A stretch of 64,000 bases of DNA from Glycera tridactyla. Lineage: Eukaryota. Positions 14,201 to 26,840 of the stretch are shown piece by piece. Under the pieces are notes generated by a model, which worked only from the letters and a program-made list of their open reading frames with translations, was not told the origin of the DNA and did not search any database. Positions within the stretch are counted from its first letter, which is position 1. Every line of letters starts with the position of its first letter. The DNA is taken from contig OZ286461.1 of assembly GCA_965644265.1 (NCBI GenBank), positions 44,082,001 to 44,146,000 on the forward strand. Direction: 5' to 3'. A program made the position numbers and the translations under genes.

Positions 14201-17200
14201 CTCTCCAATGCATTCAAAGGACACATCTCTATATTGGAATAAACGGCTCAGGTGATTGGTTTCTGACAGAACATCGGCACAGAAATGTAGCAGGGCTACA
14301 AAATTATATGAAGATAGTTGGTCATATAGACCAACAGCTGTGGCCTCCTCCTGCCCTGCTTCATGTTCAAGAAGCAACATCAAAGCCTGATAATTGCGGA
14401 GCAATGCTCTAATAGACTCACCAAGAGAAAGCCACCTAATTTCAAAATGTCGCTTGAACTTGACAGTATCCAAATTCAGTATAGAGGCTAATTCATTGAA
14501 TTGGTGCAGACGATTTGGCAGTGCCTGGACAAAACTATATACAGATGCGATGATTCTCTCAATAGCCTGCATGTCTTTGATGGATTCACAGGCTTGAGAC
14601 ACAGCTAGTTGCAGTTTATGACAAACACAGTGTGCTGCCACACAGTGGGGGTTTTCATCTTTCACAAGAGCAGTCAATCCATTAATTACACCAGTCATTA
14701 CACTTGCCCCATCTGTGCCAAGACCTACCACCTTGGAGAAGGGAATCTCATAATGCTGCAAAATAGCTTTCACTGCAGTCATCAAAGTGTCAGCCTTACC
14801 ATCTGCAACAGCATTCATAGCGAGGTATGTGGTTTTCAGTTGACTTTGAGAAGATACATATCTGACTACAACAACAATATGCTTTTCCTGTGATCGATCA
14901 GTAGACTCATCTACCCCAATAGCAACAAATGGAGATCGCCTCAGATTTCCAATCAGTTCTCCCTCTAAGACATCACTCATCGATTTTAGCAACTGATTAA
15001 ATACATCAGGGCTAGTATAGGTTGCATTGGCCCCTTTTTGAAGGTGAAGAGCATCTTTATCTCCCCGATGACGAAGAAAACCAATCATACCCTTGTACTT
15101 GCAATTTGGTATTTCCTCAGCTGCACAAAAATATGCTGTCTCAAGTGCACACCGGAAGGCCAATCTCCTCTGACTCTGCATTTCGGCAACAGCTTTTTGA
15201 ATGTTCTCCCCTGATTCTGCACTGATAGCAAATTTATGAGCATCACTTCTCTCATGAACTAACAGAGTTTTCCTGCGAAAATTCTGAGTACCACTCACAA
15301 AAACAGTCTCACGGGCATGCTTAACACAAACTTTACATCTCATTTGATTTTCTTTTCTGTCATATGTCAGCCATTCAAACTCTCCCAACCAAGCATTTAC
15401 AAACTTTTTATGGCCCACAAATACTGACTCAGATAAAGTGTCAAGTGGTTTTCTGGCCTGTGAATGTGATGTCATCAACTGTGCTGGTGCTGGTAGAGGT
15501 GGGGATGAAGTGACAGTGGCATCTTGTACTGGCACTTGGATGGTTGGTGCTGGAGATGTGATTGGTACTGGTGCTGGTGAGCTTCCCTGAAGAGGCTGTG
15601 TATCTGTGAGGCCGGCATTGAGTCGTACATCGAGTTCCTCCACACTGCAATATAAACAAAGAGATTGCATGTTAAGTATAATGACCTATAACAAATCACC
15701 AGATGTTCTATACCCAAATTTTGGAATGAAATGATAAGACAAATCTTCATTGATAAGACAAATCTTTATTTTGCACCAGTAAAATGCTAGTATTTTGGCC
15801 TTAAAACAGTACATGCATGACTTAATGCCTCTACTTCATCTTGAAAGAAATTCCCAAACTTAGGTCCAGCTGATTGCATGCATGCCTGTCCCTGTGAGAT
15901 TCAATTCAATGAACAGAGACACCAGTGGCCACTGAGCGAACTACTATCCAACTGCCATCTGGTGGTACAATACATCTTGAAGGGAAGAAAAAAAGATCGT
16001 GACCCAATTAAGCAGGTGAACTGCCAGGCTGATTAATGCATTGTTTGAGCATATTGATATGATCTAGTATCATCCATAATAAACTAATAAAGTAGAAAAT
16101 CATTGTTATGCTATATATGACCAAAAGTCTGCTGTGCATCTCTCCAAAACTGTATTTGCAATGGACTATTTTTCAAGCACCTAAGGGGCTACTCCCGTTC
16201 GCAACACTCAGTTGACAGCTGTCAAATCATTCTGCCGCGATCATGAACTTACCTTTCATCAGTCACCTTGCTGTCTAGTTTGGGTTTCTTAGTGAAGAAC
16301 TGTGCAATTCCCATGGTTGGGGGCAATTTTCTCTTCCCCATGGTGGCTTCCTGACTGCTGGTGCATGCCAACAACCAAGATCTGATCACCACGAGGTCTG
16401 GGATGAAGATGTCAACAAAGGCATGCTTTCTCTCGGCAGCTCGGCTGCTTCCGACTCGGCTTCATCCCCTCTCATTGGTTGCCAGCAGAAAATCAGGCCA
16501 TGACCTCAGCTTCGGGTCAGTTTGTTGCTGTTGATTGGCCAATTTATCCCACCCACCCAAGCAAGAGCTGTGGGGTGAATATTCCCCCTCTGTTAGATTA
16601 GTGTTTATTATTGTAACCACAATCCCCGGCGACTCACGGGGATTATACAACACGGGCAATTGAAAGCATGCAGCTTTGATTGATTAGTTTCAGATTGCTC
16701 CTTTGTTTCACTGGCGCCTGGTCACTCATGGGACTGTCTGGAAAATGACAGTTAGAGCAAAACTAACATCCCTGGAATGTAGACTTTCCGGGACGCCCTG
16801 TTGGACGGCCTGGTGATTTATGGGGCCGTCTATATTTGCTGCAGGCCGTCCTTTAGACGGCTGGACGCATAGCTGGCTAACATCTTGCCATCAATGGCTA
16901 GCATTCATTAGGGAATGATGTCAAGTACATCTGTACCAAGTATGGTGTGGCTATGAACAGCCACCTTTTTTAGAAAAATCCATTTCTGAAAAAGCGATTT
17001 TCACCCCAAAACCAACCAGGCCTGTTGGGAGACCCCATCTATGGCTCACATTCACTAGGGAATGCTATGAAATGCATCTATGCCAAGTTTGGTGTGGCTA
17101 TGGATGGCCAACATCTTCAGAAAAATCCATTTCTGAAAAACCAATTTTCACCCCAAAACGAACCAGGCCTCTTGGGAGACCCCATCCATGACTTGCATTC

Positions 17201-17836
17201 ATTAAGGAATGCTATGAGATCCCTCTGTATCAAGTTTGGGGTGGCTGGGTACTGAAAAACTAACCAGAAATGACCAAGTTCATTTATTTCAAAAAAGTGA
17301 TTTTTTGCCCCAAAATCACCATCTCGCACATATCAGTCTTTCATGGGCAATATAAAATCACAGGGGATAAAGACACATGTGGAGAATCAACTGCAAACAG
17401 AACATGAATAAATCGGATCATCAGAAATAGCTCATAGATGGCTAAGTCCCATCACTTCAAAAAACCCAATTTTCATCCCAGAATTAATCAAGCAGAACAC
17501 TGGGATGCTACCTTGATGATGGCTGGATTCATTAGTAGATGTACTGAAGTATATACATGCCATATTCCATGGAGCTAGGCACTCTAGTTGCTGAGCAATG
17601 TGACTTTAACATGCCTTCAACATTGCCCCCAATGACAGAGTCCCATCACTTCAGAAAACACAAGTTTCAACCCAGAATTAATCAAGCAGAACATTGAGAT
17701 GGCACCTTGATGATGGCTGGATTCAATAGCAAATGTACTGAAGTATATGTGTGCCCAATTATATGGAGCTAGGCCCTCTAGTTGCTGAGCAAAGGGACTT
17801 CAACATGACCTTAACGCTGACCTTAACGCAGATGAG

Positions 17837-17874
<38 letters not shown>

Positions 17875-20800
17875 AGTGACCGCAATACCTCCCCTCAACT
17901 TCGTTGAGACGAGGTAAAAACCATTTACGGCTCACACTGTTAATGGTGCCTCACAGGTTTTATCATAGTGAATAGCAAAGAGGCTTGAAGACATGATCTC
18001 ATCTTTTCTTGAGAGTGCAGAGGGCAGTCAAAACTGCAGATGGCTGTACGAAATGAATGGTGGGACGAACTGAAGTGTACTCACCTTTTGCTTCAAATAT
18101 GGAACTTGTTCTTTCTCAATGATGAAATCACAAAACTGCAACCACTCAGATCTACAAATTGGCTGGAAATAGCAAAAACATAGTACTTCAGGACAGGCAA
18201 GTGATCACATGGGTCAATAAAACATGGTCCAGTTGAAGAATGTGGTACTCAGCACAATATGGTGACACATAGTCTCTAGAATTGAAATGTTCACAGTGAA
18301 ATAAATTGGCATCTACCAAGTGATGACCTCTACCTTGATTGAAGGTTGAAGTGGTCATGTGTTGACAGCCACAGTATACAGTCAAACCTCCCTATAAAGA
18401 CCGCCTTTGGTTGATAAAAAGTGGCCTTTATAGGGAGGTGGTCTTTATAGAGAGGTCATTTACTGTTGAAAATACTATTACGGTCGCAGTTCAGGGCGGT
18501 CTTTATAGGGAGGTGGCCTTAGAGGAGGTTCGACTGTATCTGGAATCAGCACTGATGCATGGGATTTGACTGGTGACTTTGACTTAGGGCTATTCCATTT
18601 ATTAAGGAGTGGGGGGGCCGGTCTGGAACCGAAATCAAAAAGCGGGGGTGGGGGGGTCTCTGAAAAATCGAAAGCGGGGGTGGGGGGGTCTCAGAAAAAT
18701 CGAAAGCGGGGGCGATATTAGGTGAAAATCGAAAGCGGGGGGCGATATTAGGGGAAAATCGGAAAGCGGGGGTTGGTGATGATCGGAAAAATTTGGAGGG
18801 GGGAAGGGCGGAAATCAGAACTTTTATGTAGGAAACCGACCAAAAACACTAAATCCGGCGACTATTAGTCAATATATTGCCGTCTGTTCGACCTGGCTCG
18901 TATTAATCATGGACGCCGCCATCTTGGTTATCAGTTGCCACCAAGCTCAACGTAAACAAACTCCGTGAACTTTTTCGATATATACACGAATAATACGGTA
19001 AAATGCCCCCAAAATGCCGGTTTCTCTTGTAAATGGCGATTAAGTGACAGAAAAATGTCAAAAACCAAAAAATACGATGAATATCGACGAACGGAACCGA
19101 AAATAATTGTGGCCATGTCTCATGTGTATCACGGGCGCTGGCCGCCATCTTGAATGCAACTACGATTCTCGCGCGAATTTTTTCATTAATCATGGATTCT
19201 TGGGATGAAAGGCTGACATGTCCCAGATTATTCTTGGAAATTACGATTGATCTTCAGACTAATGTAAATTACCAAGAAATTTGACGTATTTGTCATCTCA
19301 GCTTCGTTTTCGAAAAGCGGGGGGGGGGGGGGGGGCGCTTTCGGAAACCGGCGGCAAAAAATTAAAAAGCGGGGGTGGGGGAGGGTCAGAATAATCAAAA
19401 AGCGGGGGTGGGGGGGTGTACAAAATTTTCCTGACCGGCACCCCCACACCTTTTTAAATGGAATAGCCCTTATCATGCTAACAACAGATATGAAACAGGG
19501 TCATCCTATGACCATTTATCAACACTGCCAATATCCGCTTTATGGGAGCCTCCCATCACAAGCAGGGCTCGACGCTAATGGTTGCCCTACTGGCACAGGC
19601 AGGCAGATTTGCTGTTAGGGCAGGTGATTTTATCAATCTGCCTGCCCAATGGGCAGGTACCCAACCCTTATTTGGGCTATGATTATATGCAAAAGGGCAG
19701 GTGAAAATGACAGGAAGGCCAGGTGAAGATCCCACTTCACCTGCCCGAAGGACCGCTGAAGAAAAAAGTTAATGTAGAGCCCTGACAAGACCCTAACCAA
19801 AGAATCACTGGAGGGACTAGGTTTTGGAATTTGTGGACATCATGGGAATAAACTGAAACACAAAGTCATCAAATTGCTGGTGTTGACATATTGACAGGCA
19901 GAGTTCCTTCAAACCCTATCCATTCTGTGCATCTTGGCTTTATATGGGCCTATGAGCATGCTTCTTGGTATGCAACGATGTATATGTGCCTACAAATATG
20001 CTTATGGGCCAGCAATGTGAGCCTAAGAGAATGCTTATGGTTCTGCAATAATGTATCATATATGAGGCAAGATGAAACCATAAAGGAGAGCTTTCAAACT
20101 TACCCGGATCTCTAATTCTGCAACTAAGTACCGCATATGTTCCTGGCGCAATTTCTCATCAATCTTTCCTGGGGTGTTCCATGGCATACCAACTAAGATG
20201 TCTGAAATCCACAAAAAACATTCACCATGTTCACCCAAATATGCTGACTTCCCTCCTACTCATGTGAATTCAGGATTAGGGAGGAATCACTCGTCACAAA
20301 ATTTCAGTAACACTGCTGGAAATCTGGCAAAAAAGTAGCAGGGTAAATCCATCACAACAATGCATAATATGAGCTCTTTGAATAGGTACAGAGCTTCCAT
20401 CAGACGTCCATCAATCATTTTCTTGATAGGATATACCCACAATCAATCGATAGTTTGCCATTTTTTTTTTTTTTTTCGAAGAATGATATTTAGAAATATT
20501 CGTCATCAACTGGTATCAACATTTCAGCGAGGCAATAGCATGGGGAATCCCAAGAAATGCTGGGTTATCAAAGCATGATGAGGGATTCAAGATATGAATG
20601 ATATGAAAGTATTGTCACTCACCATTCACTCTGCTGACAAGTTTTTGTGTCAGGGCTTGCATTCTTTTAAAGGCTATACAATTTAGCAATCTGTTCCGTA
20701 GTTAGTCACAGCTTGTTTGCATCAATGCTTACTAGAGAAAAAAAATGTTTGTTTTTTTTGTAAGAGTGATTTGTCATACTCCTGAGGAAAAGTGACTGAC

Positions 20801-23800
20801 AAAGTTTTTGATGAAGACAGCTGATAGTTGATCATCCTAGGATCATTTATACAAGCTATCACAGTATAAACTTACCTAGCAATTGCCAGCCAGCTCTGAG
20901 GATGGATTTGAATGCATGTGAGACACTGAAGAAGTGGGAATAGAATCGATTTCGGGCAGTAATTATGACAAGTCGCAAAGCTAATGCCATGTCCTGAAAT
21001 AAAAATCAGAACAAATGAAGGATAAAGAAAATCGGAAAACACCAATCAACAGGTATGGGGCAAACTGAGCAAACCAGTCAACTAAAAACTGATCATGGCT
21101 CATTCATATATCCAGCAAATTCTGGTTTGATTTTCATGATCAAAGAGTTGAAATAAACAGCGCAGATTGCTCTTTTCTGCCATATCTATGGCACAAGTCC
21201 ATGCATCAAAAGTCATGCAGTGAATATGCTGAGTCTATTCAATCAAATAAGATTTGAATGGAAATGAAAGTACCCAGAAATCGATGAAAAAGATATCAAA
21301 CAGTTTTAAGATGATAAAGACATTATTGACCGAGCAAAAATCTAAGACAATACAAAATCAGTTGTGTTTTTATGAAAGATGAAGTTCATCAATGTATAAA
21401 ACTTACGTTGAGAAGCGAGTTTTGGGACGTGATGGTGCCCTTCTGTAAGAGCTGTGTCAGACGCCACTTGTGTGTCTGACTCGGGAAGTGTATGCTGTCA
21501 ACTTCAAACTCTCTGAAATGTGATATCAGCATTTTCACATCAAATAATATATTACTGCAGAGATGCTGGCTGGAGACAAGCACTAATATTGACAGTGAAA
21601 AGCTTGATAGATATTGCATTCCACCATGGCTTCACAAAGATGGGAGGCTAACTGGTTCCCATGTACAGTTGAACCTGTCTATAAAGACCACCTTTGGTCG
21701 CATCAAAAAGTGACCTTTATATGCAGGTAGTCTTTATAAAGGTCATTTACTGTTGAAAACACTACCATGGTCTCAGCTCAGGGTGGCCTTTATAGGGAGG
21801 TGGTCTTTGGAGCAGGCTCGCATATTATCTTTCAATTCAAAATGAATATGTGAAAGTGCATTTATATCTGAAAGCAATAAAAATGCTATTTTGGAACCAG
21901 CACTGTCACCATGACAACTGCAGCTGATGATGATGCTACAAACATCACTGAATGAATCAATTCATTCTCTCAATTGATGCAGGGGGAGACGGGTCATCCT
22001 TGAGGAATGCAACACTACCTTACGTAAGGTGTTGGTAAGTAGGGCTATACATTGCTACCTTTGGGTAGTTAATTGCTACCAAATTCACCCTCTGGCTACC
22101 AAATTTTAAAAGTTGGGAGCCGGCCCAACCTAAAACTTCGAGAGGTTGTGATTGTCAATGTATTGACTGGCACTCACAAACATGCACTGGCTACCAAATA
22201 TTTCAACTTGGGAGCCAGCCGGCCCCTAAACATTTTGACCAACATAGCACCCTGGTAAGTGGGCCACTCATTACTGCGGACATGCAGGTAAACACAATAT
22301 GGCCTATACAACTCCAACAATATTGTGAATTTGATGCCATCAATCGCAGTAAGGTGGAAGTGCCTGCTGAGCTGTAAAAAAAGTCAAAAATCTAACTCAC
22401 CCGTGCTCGCGTACTTGTTGCAGTTGCTTATTTGTGAGTTTTCGGGGACAACCATTCTTGTCGAGGGCTACTTCATCAAGCTCATCAAATGTTGGTGCAA
22501 CAAACAGATCCCTGAATGTGATGAGAGGCTGAAAACAGTCAAGCACAATTTTCAGATTTAATTGTTATAAGAAATGTATCGAATTAGCATTTACCAGAGA
22601 GTGAATAAAGCTCAACCTGTTCTTATGTCATTGCTTGAGCCATCAGGAGTGCACATGGGGGTACATATCATAGTATTGGAAGTCAGTCATGTATTCAATG
22701 ACAGATTACAATATTGCATATAACTTGTATCTCAACTGGCCTTCATAGAGAGACTTTTTACTACATAGAAAGTAGTGGTGTCGCGATTATCGATTAATTC
22801 CCGATCATCGATCAATCTTGGTGGCCAAATAGACAATCGATTGCAGAGATGTGGAATCGATTTAATTGGAACACAGTCAGCACATATATTTCAATGGAAT
22901 ATCAAGCCTTTTTTATCAAAAAAAGCTATGGATTTACTGTGAAGTCAAAATAATGTCATCTTGCTCCATCCAAAACAAAACCTATACCCTAGGAGACAAC
23001 TTTGCATATATCTGTATATATGTATGATTCTGGAGACAAAACATTGGTGAAACAGGGTAGTGCTTGTGGTGCCAGTGTTGCGAACCGATTATAATTGATA
23101 ATCAATCGGTTGGGCTAACCGATAATCGATTCTCAAAATGCAACCGATTCCCAACACTAATAGAAAGTACTATCACCATCACCAATGCAGGGCTTGACAT
23201 TAAGGGTTGTCCTGTTGTCCGGGACAGGTAGAAATCCGTGGCGGACAAGTAAATTTGATAACCAACTTGCCCGCTGGACAACAGCAGTTTTCTTCATAAA
23301 TTATATGTAATATTTTGTTGGACAAGTAAATTTTATAGGCGGACATCCAAAAATTCTACGCCACTTGCATGGACAAGTGGCTGAAAATCTTAATGACGAG
23401 CCCTGCAATGGTGGCATTTGTAGGCATGTGGCATTTGTGTAGAGGTGGTCTCTTGAGCCAGATTGACTATGTATCAAATCATGATTATTTGTACAACCGA
23501 TCATTGATTACTCAATGACCAACCCATCCCTGGTGTGAGCATCAAGTATGGCGAGATTAAGGGAAATGAATGATTGTCTTACCTCTGCTGAGTCTCCGGA
23601 ATCAGCAACAGCATCTGTTATCGATGGCGGGAGAATCATCGGAAAACGACGCCAGTGATACAACATACTCTCCGCCAACTACAACAGCGAAAAACATGCT
23701 ACATCACAATCTTCAAACTCACAATAAATGAATCTAACCAGATGGATCGAACCCAATCCATAGATCGGTGAGTCTGACCTCAATTACGGTGTGATATTCC

Positions 23801-24271
23801 GTGCTTTGTATCTGTTATAGATTCTGACATGCTATAAGAATCAACATGCCCCCCACCCTCCCTATGTACCTACATAGGTATCATGAAAGATGAAGTTACT
23901 ATTCCTTTCATTCAGAATTTTTCCTCACTAATTATATTTGGCAGGGTGTTCACACACGACCCACAATGAAATTTCAAGATTCCCTGATTTTCCTCAACAA
24001 AATATATAATTTCCCTGAAATGTTGAATCGAGAAATTCACTGCAGATTCCATGACATTTATGATTAAATTCTCTGATATTTCCTCTACATTTTGCCAAGA
24101 TTCAATCTTCCCTGATACCATTTGAGATCCCCAGTTAATTCTTTGTTATCTGGAATTCCCTCAACTCCCTGTTTGAGTAAACTTTCGACTGACCTTTTTG
24201 ATTTGCTGCATGGTCAGCTGCATCTCTTCCGACATCCCAGAGGTGTCAATATCGAACCGCAGCGGTTCACG
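2204..24271 (-). CDS. Multi-exon gene, uncharacterised protein with hydrophobic segments towards the end; 600 codons recovered, N- and C-termini unresolved
   Basis: 17 GT-AG exons join in one open frame: 24194-24271, 23583-23678, 22401-22528, 21407-21512, 20876-20993, 20104-20201, 18085-18162, 9908-9992, 9027-9128, 8753-8831, 8389-8509, 7874-7967, 7300-7391, 6023-6142, 4467-4658, 2993-3115, 2204-2293 (1800 nt). Junctions read QIKK|LAESMLYHWRRFPMILP, SAE|PLITFRDLFVAP, FMRD|RDPVLQKEL, MFVLG|VVIPWCSPVSLRALF. No stop found after exon 2204, so it likely continues left of the window. The 8753-8831 exon and some acceptors are less certain. Confidence 0.85.
2359..2500. repeat. 72-bp tandem duplication (2 copies)
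   Basis: ATGACAAAATCTC...AAGCTATTTGG.CATAT starts at 2359 and again at 2431. Confidence 0.85.
2620..2860 (-). mobile_element. Decayed non-LTR retrotransposon reverse-transcriptase fragment
   Basis: Minus ORF contains SITRGVPQG, resembling the LINE RT GVPQGS motif; the expected downstream motifs are not clean. Confidence 0.35.
3188..3347. mobile_element. Tc1/mariner-type MITE (CAGTCGAACC...GGTTCGACTG family)
   Basis: Terminal inverted repeats flanked by TA on both sides; internal TATAAAGACCACC repeats. Further copies or fragments near 7753, 21664, 31274, 34040, 46600, 49120. Confidence 0.85.
5085..5885. mobile_element. PIF/Harbinger-like non-autonomous element with CpG-rich core
   Basis: Left end GGGCTATTCCATT matches the element at 18587; right end is diverged and followed by TTA; internal ~20-24 bp C-rich repeats at 5730-5830. 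Confidence 0.65.
10295..12405. repeat. 147-bp tandem satellite array, left part (~14 monomers)
   Basis: GGC(T/A)AGC anchor recurs at 10641, 10788, 10935, 11082, 11229, 11376, 11523, 11671, 11819, 11966, 12112, 12259 (spacing 146-148). Confidence 0.95.
12406..16887 (-). mobile_element. Full-length hAT DNA transposon (4482 bp)
   Basis: TIRs CAGGGTCTTAGCCAG (12406-12420) / CTGGCTAACATCTTG (16873-16887), 12/15 match; exact 8-bp TSD CCATCAAT at 12398-12405 and 16888-16895; the satellite resumes in register after it. Confidence 0.95.
13424..16341 (-). CDS. hAT transposase, ZNF862/DUF4371-like, 769 aa, two exons
   Basis: Exon 1 16253-16341 (ATG, MGKRKLPPT..KKPKL, GTAAGT donor) joins in phase to exon 2 13424-15644. 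TTF-type Zn finger (WL..RCKVC..HERSDAH), catalytic VDESTD and GTDGASVM, CVCH, RWLS and AEAERVFS motifs; no internal stops. Confidence 0.93.
16888..17250. repeat. 147-bp satellite array, right part (~2.5 monomers)
   Basis: Same monomer continues directly after the hAT right TSD. Confidence 0.9.
17445..17810. repeat. ~194-bp tandem repeat (2 copies) inside the HINE
   Basis: AGTCCCATCACTTCA..CCCAGAATTAATCAAGCAGAACA recurs at ~17445 and ~17639. Confidence 0.8.
18379..18536. mobile_element. Tc1/mariner-type MITE
   Basis: CAGTCAAACC...GGTTCGACTG with TA on both sides. Confidence 0.85.
18587..19469. mobile_element. PIF/Harbinger-like non-autonomous element
   Basis: Perfect TIR GGGCTATTCCATTT / AAATGGAATAGCCC; TTA on both flanks (18584-18586, 19470-19472); internal AAATCGAAAGCGGGG repeats and CpG-rich core. 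Confidence 0.88.
19563..19784. mobile_element. CAGGG-ended MITE with 5-bp TSD (ACAAG)
   Basis: CAGGGCTC...GAGCCCTG flanked by ACAAG on both sides. Confidence 0.75.
22040..22254. mobile_element. CAGGG-type MITE with 5-bp TSD (GTAAG)
   Basis: TAGGGCTAT...ATAGCACCCTG (imperfect TIR) flanked by GTAAG on both sides. Confidence 0.65.
22773..23159. mobile_element. hAT-type MITE with 8-bp TSD
   Basis: TAGTGGTG...CAACACTA ends, ATCGATT-rich sub-termini, TSD ATAGAAAG at 22765-22772 and 23160-23167. Confidence 0.85.
23188..23405. mobile_element. CAGGG-ended MITE with 5-bp TSD (CAATG)
   Basis: CAGGGCTTGACATTAAG...CTTAATGACGAGCCCTG flanked by CAATG on both sides. Confidence 0.8.
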
Positions 24272-24859
24272 CTACAATACAAAAATATAATCACAACATC
24301 ATTCTCTGCAAGGTGTTTCCAGAGAAAGAAATCTGTGTCTATTATTTTCGAAATATGATCTGCCCTGGAGGAGTGTGGTGCGGAGTGGCATACAAGCAAT
24401 AGAGTCTATTAATGCAGGTTTATACGAGTGGAATGAGGTAGCCCAAACAGAATTCCTATATCACCTGTTGATAGCAGATGCTGCAGCTACTCAACCCAGC
24501 TACTGATCTGGCAGGAATGGCAACTAGCTGATGATAGTCTCCTGCAAACGGGCACTATATTTCAAACCTGACTTTTTTCACCCTTGCATCACAAATATGC
24601 ATCTAAACAAAACGAAACCAACTGGCAGACTATTTTGACGTCTCCAGCCACTGGAAATGTGATCATGATGAAGTCCCCTTGTATATAACTATTTCCACTC
24701 AGCATGCCAAATAGTCGACTGCAGAATAGTTTCACTGTAGAAATGCAATGAAATGTGAGTACATGCATATCCTCTACCAAATGGCCAAAAATCACTCACA
24801 TGTACCATTTGTGTTGCACTCTAGCGTGTTAATAGTTTAGCGAAGTTCATGTTATACCC

Positions 24860-25800
24860 ACCCACATCCATCCACCCCAACCCCATCTCACACATATATA
24901 CACACAACCAACCCACACCCACCCCAACCCCCACATCCGCCCCACCTGCCCAATATCCATCCTCACACATGTACACACACATATCCATACACACACCTAC
25001 ACCCATATCCCACTCCATTCAACACACCCCACCCCGCACATATGTACACAGACACTCACAGTTGCCCATACCCCAACACCCAAACCCACCAGCCACCCCT
25101 CTCCCATACCCATGCATATACACACTCCCCACCCCTACACATCAACGACCCCACACATACCCGCACTCCACACATCAGAGCTGCATCCAGGATTTCAAAA
25201 ATGTAGGCCAATTGGCCCATGGCTCTGAAAAATGTGGGCCAATCATGAAAAATGTGGGCCAATTGGCCCATGGGTCTGAAAAATGTGGGCCAATCATGAA
25301 AAAAGTTAGTTTTTCCGCATAAATCCAGCAGGGGCGCGACCTGACCCACTCACCACCCAAGCCAAACACCACCACCCCACTCATCCACCCATCACCTCAA
25401 CCAACACCCCACACACTCACCCACCAACCTAGCCATCCACCGCCACCCCACCCACCCACCACAACCCCACACATCCATCAACAACCCCATTCATCCAACC
25501 AACACGCCATCCACCCATAACCATCGTGGACCACCACCATCGCCTTGAATCACCACCACCACCACATACCACCACCACACCCTACATGGACCTTCACCAC
25601 CACCACCATGGACCACCACCACACCCACCATAGATCACCACCACTATTATCCACCACCCCACTACCACTATGTACCACACCTACCACCACCATGGACCAC
25701 CACCATGGACCTCCACCATCACCACCATGGACCGCCACCACCACCACACCCACCATGGACCTCCACCACACCCAACACCAAGGACCGACCACCACCCGCA
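24860..25800. repeat. C/A-rich low-complexity tract (CCA/CACC-like) with a short internal tandem repeat at 25197-25300
   Basis: Direct composition; it explains the His/Thr/Pro-rich ORFs in the track. Confidence 0.85.
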
Positions 25801-26280
25801 TTTCTCCCGCCAAAACGATGTCTAGGCCACGTTGCTGACCTACTGATATTCGCGCATTCCAATCCGTAAATAGTTCCGACTATCGCCGCTCATTATACGG
25901 GTGGCGCTTCGAAAATTCGTTTCATTCGATGAATGTTTGCCATCTCACGGATATTTGGCGAACTGCGCACATCGAAGTCGTTTGAAACACGCACGCTGAT
26001 TGGCCGAGGTCGACCGGTCACGTTTCTACGAGCCAATCAGAATTGAGAAGACAAATCGTCGTCGTTTTCGTACCTAGAGCAATGGCTGCCGCTTGTCATA
26101 TAGCCGGATTTTATCAGATTAAACATGACGAAATGCAGGTTTGTGGCGCGTTTTGCTTGTCGAATTGCGCAGATATTTCGATTACAGCGTAGCAATTGGC
26201 GCACTGTCATATTCGAAACACGCCAATGTTCGTTTTTTCGCGTGAATCCCGCGATGGCGCGGCCTGGATGCAGCTCTGCA
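25790..26280. promoter_or_regulatory. CpG-rich putative promoter of the minus-strand gene, with paired CCAAT boxes
   Basis: High CpG density against a CpG-poor background; CTGATTGG 25996-26003 and CCAATCAG 26033-26040; lies upstream of the first recovered exon. Confidence 0.55.
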
Positions 26281-26499
26281 CATGTACACATACATCCAAC
26301 CCCTACCCACCCCACACCCCAACCCTAGCCCCGGGCCACACCCACCACCCTCACACCCAGGCAGCCATACACCCACAAACACCAACATCCAAACGCAAAC
26401 CCAAACCACAACCACCACCCACCCCCAACATCCTTCCTCGCAAACACCCACCCAGACCCCCTACCCACAACCAACCCACCCTCACAGATATGCACACGT

Positions 26500-26547
<48 letters not shown>
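26280..26547. repeat. C/A-rich tract ending in a (CA)n microsatellite
   Basis: Direct; (CA)n at ~26503-26546. Confidence 0.9.
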
Positions 26548-26552
<5 letters not shown>

Positions 26553-26840
26553 GTGTACTGTATACCATTGATGAATACCCGCTTTTTCCAAAGTGGGGTA
26601 TAAAACGATTGACATCTTTCACCTACATGAGTAGTGAAAATATGAATGAATGTTTACCTGCGGTTCTGATTCCAAGTGCTCCATGACAGGATCTGTAACA
26701 CACAAAAATAGAGCCTGGGGTTATGATTGTTTAAACATGGCATATATAGACCAGAAGTGGGCCAAAGGTATAACATATGTGAGCCAAACCAGTACCCCTG
26801 GTGCCATTATCACAAGAATGCTACCATGGTATGTAAACAA

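Larger units (their letters stand above)
10128..17920 (-). mobile_element. Helentron-associated non-autonomous element (HINE/DINE-1-like) with internal satellite and nested hAT
   Basis: Perfect 17-bp sub-terminal inverted repeats ACCTCGTCTCAACGAAG (10152-10168) / CTTCGTTGAGACGAGGT (17899-17915); terminal hairpin GCCTTC-ACT-GAAGGC (10135-10149); (GACGCC)6 at 17837-17872; T-run at the 5' end on the minus strand. Confidence 0.8.

Noticed and set aside
10295-17250. Regular repeats superficially like a CRISPR array
   Set aside because: Monomers are fully repeated with no unique spacers, the context is eukaryotic and there are no cas genes.
23583-23614. Apparent start MLLLIPETQQR for the minus-strand gene
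   Set aside because: The whole exon 23583-23678 reads openly in another frame that joins upstream exon 24194-24271 and acceptor 22528.
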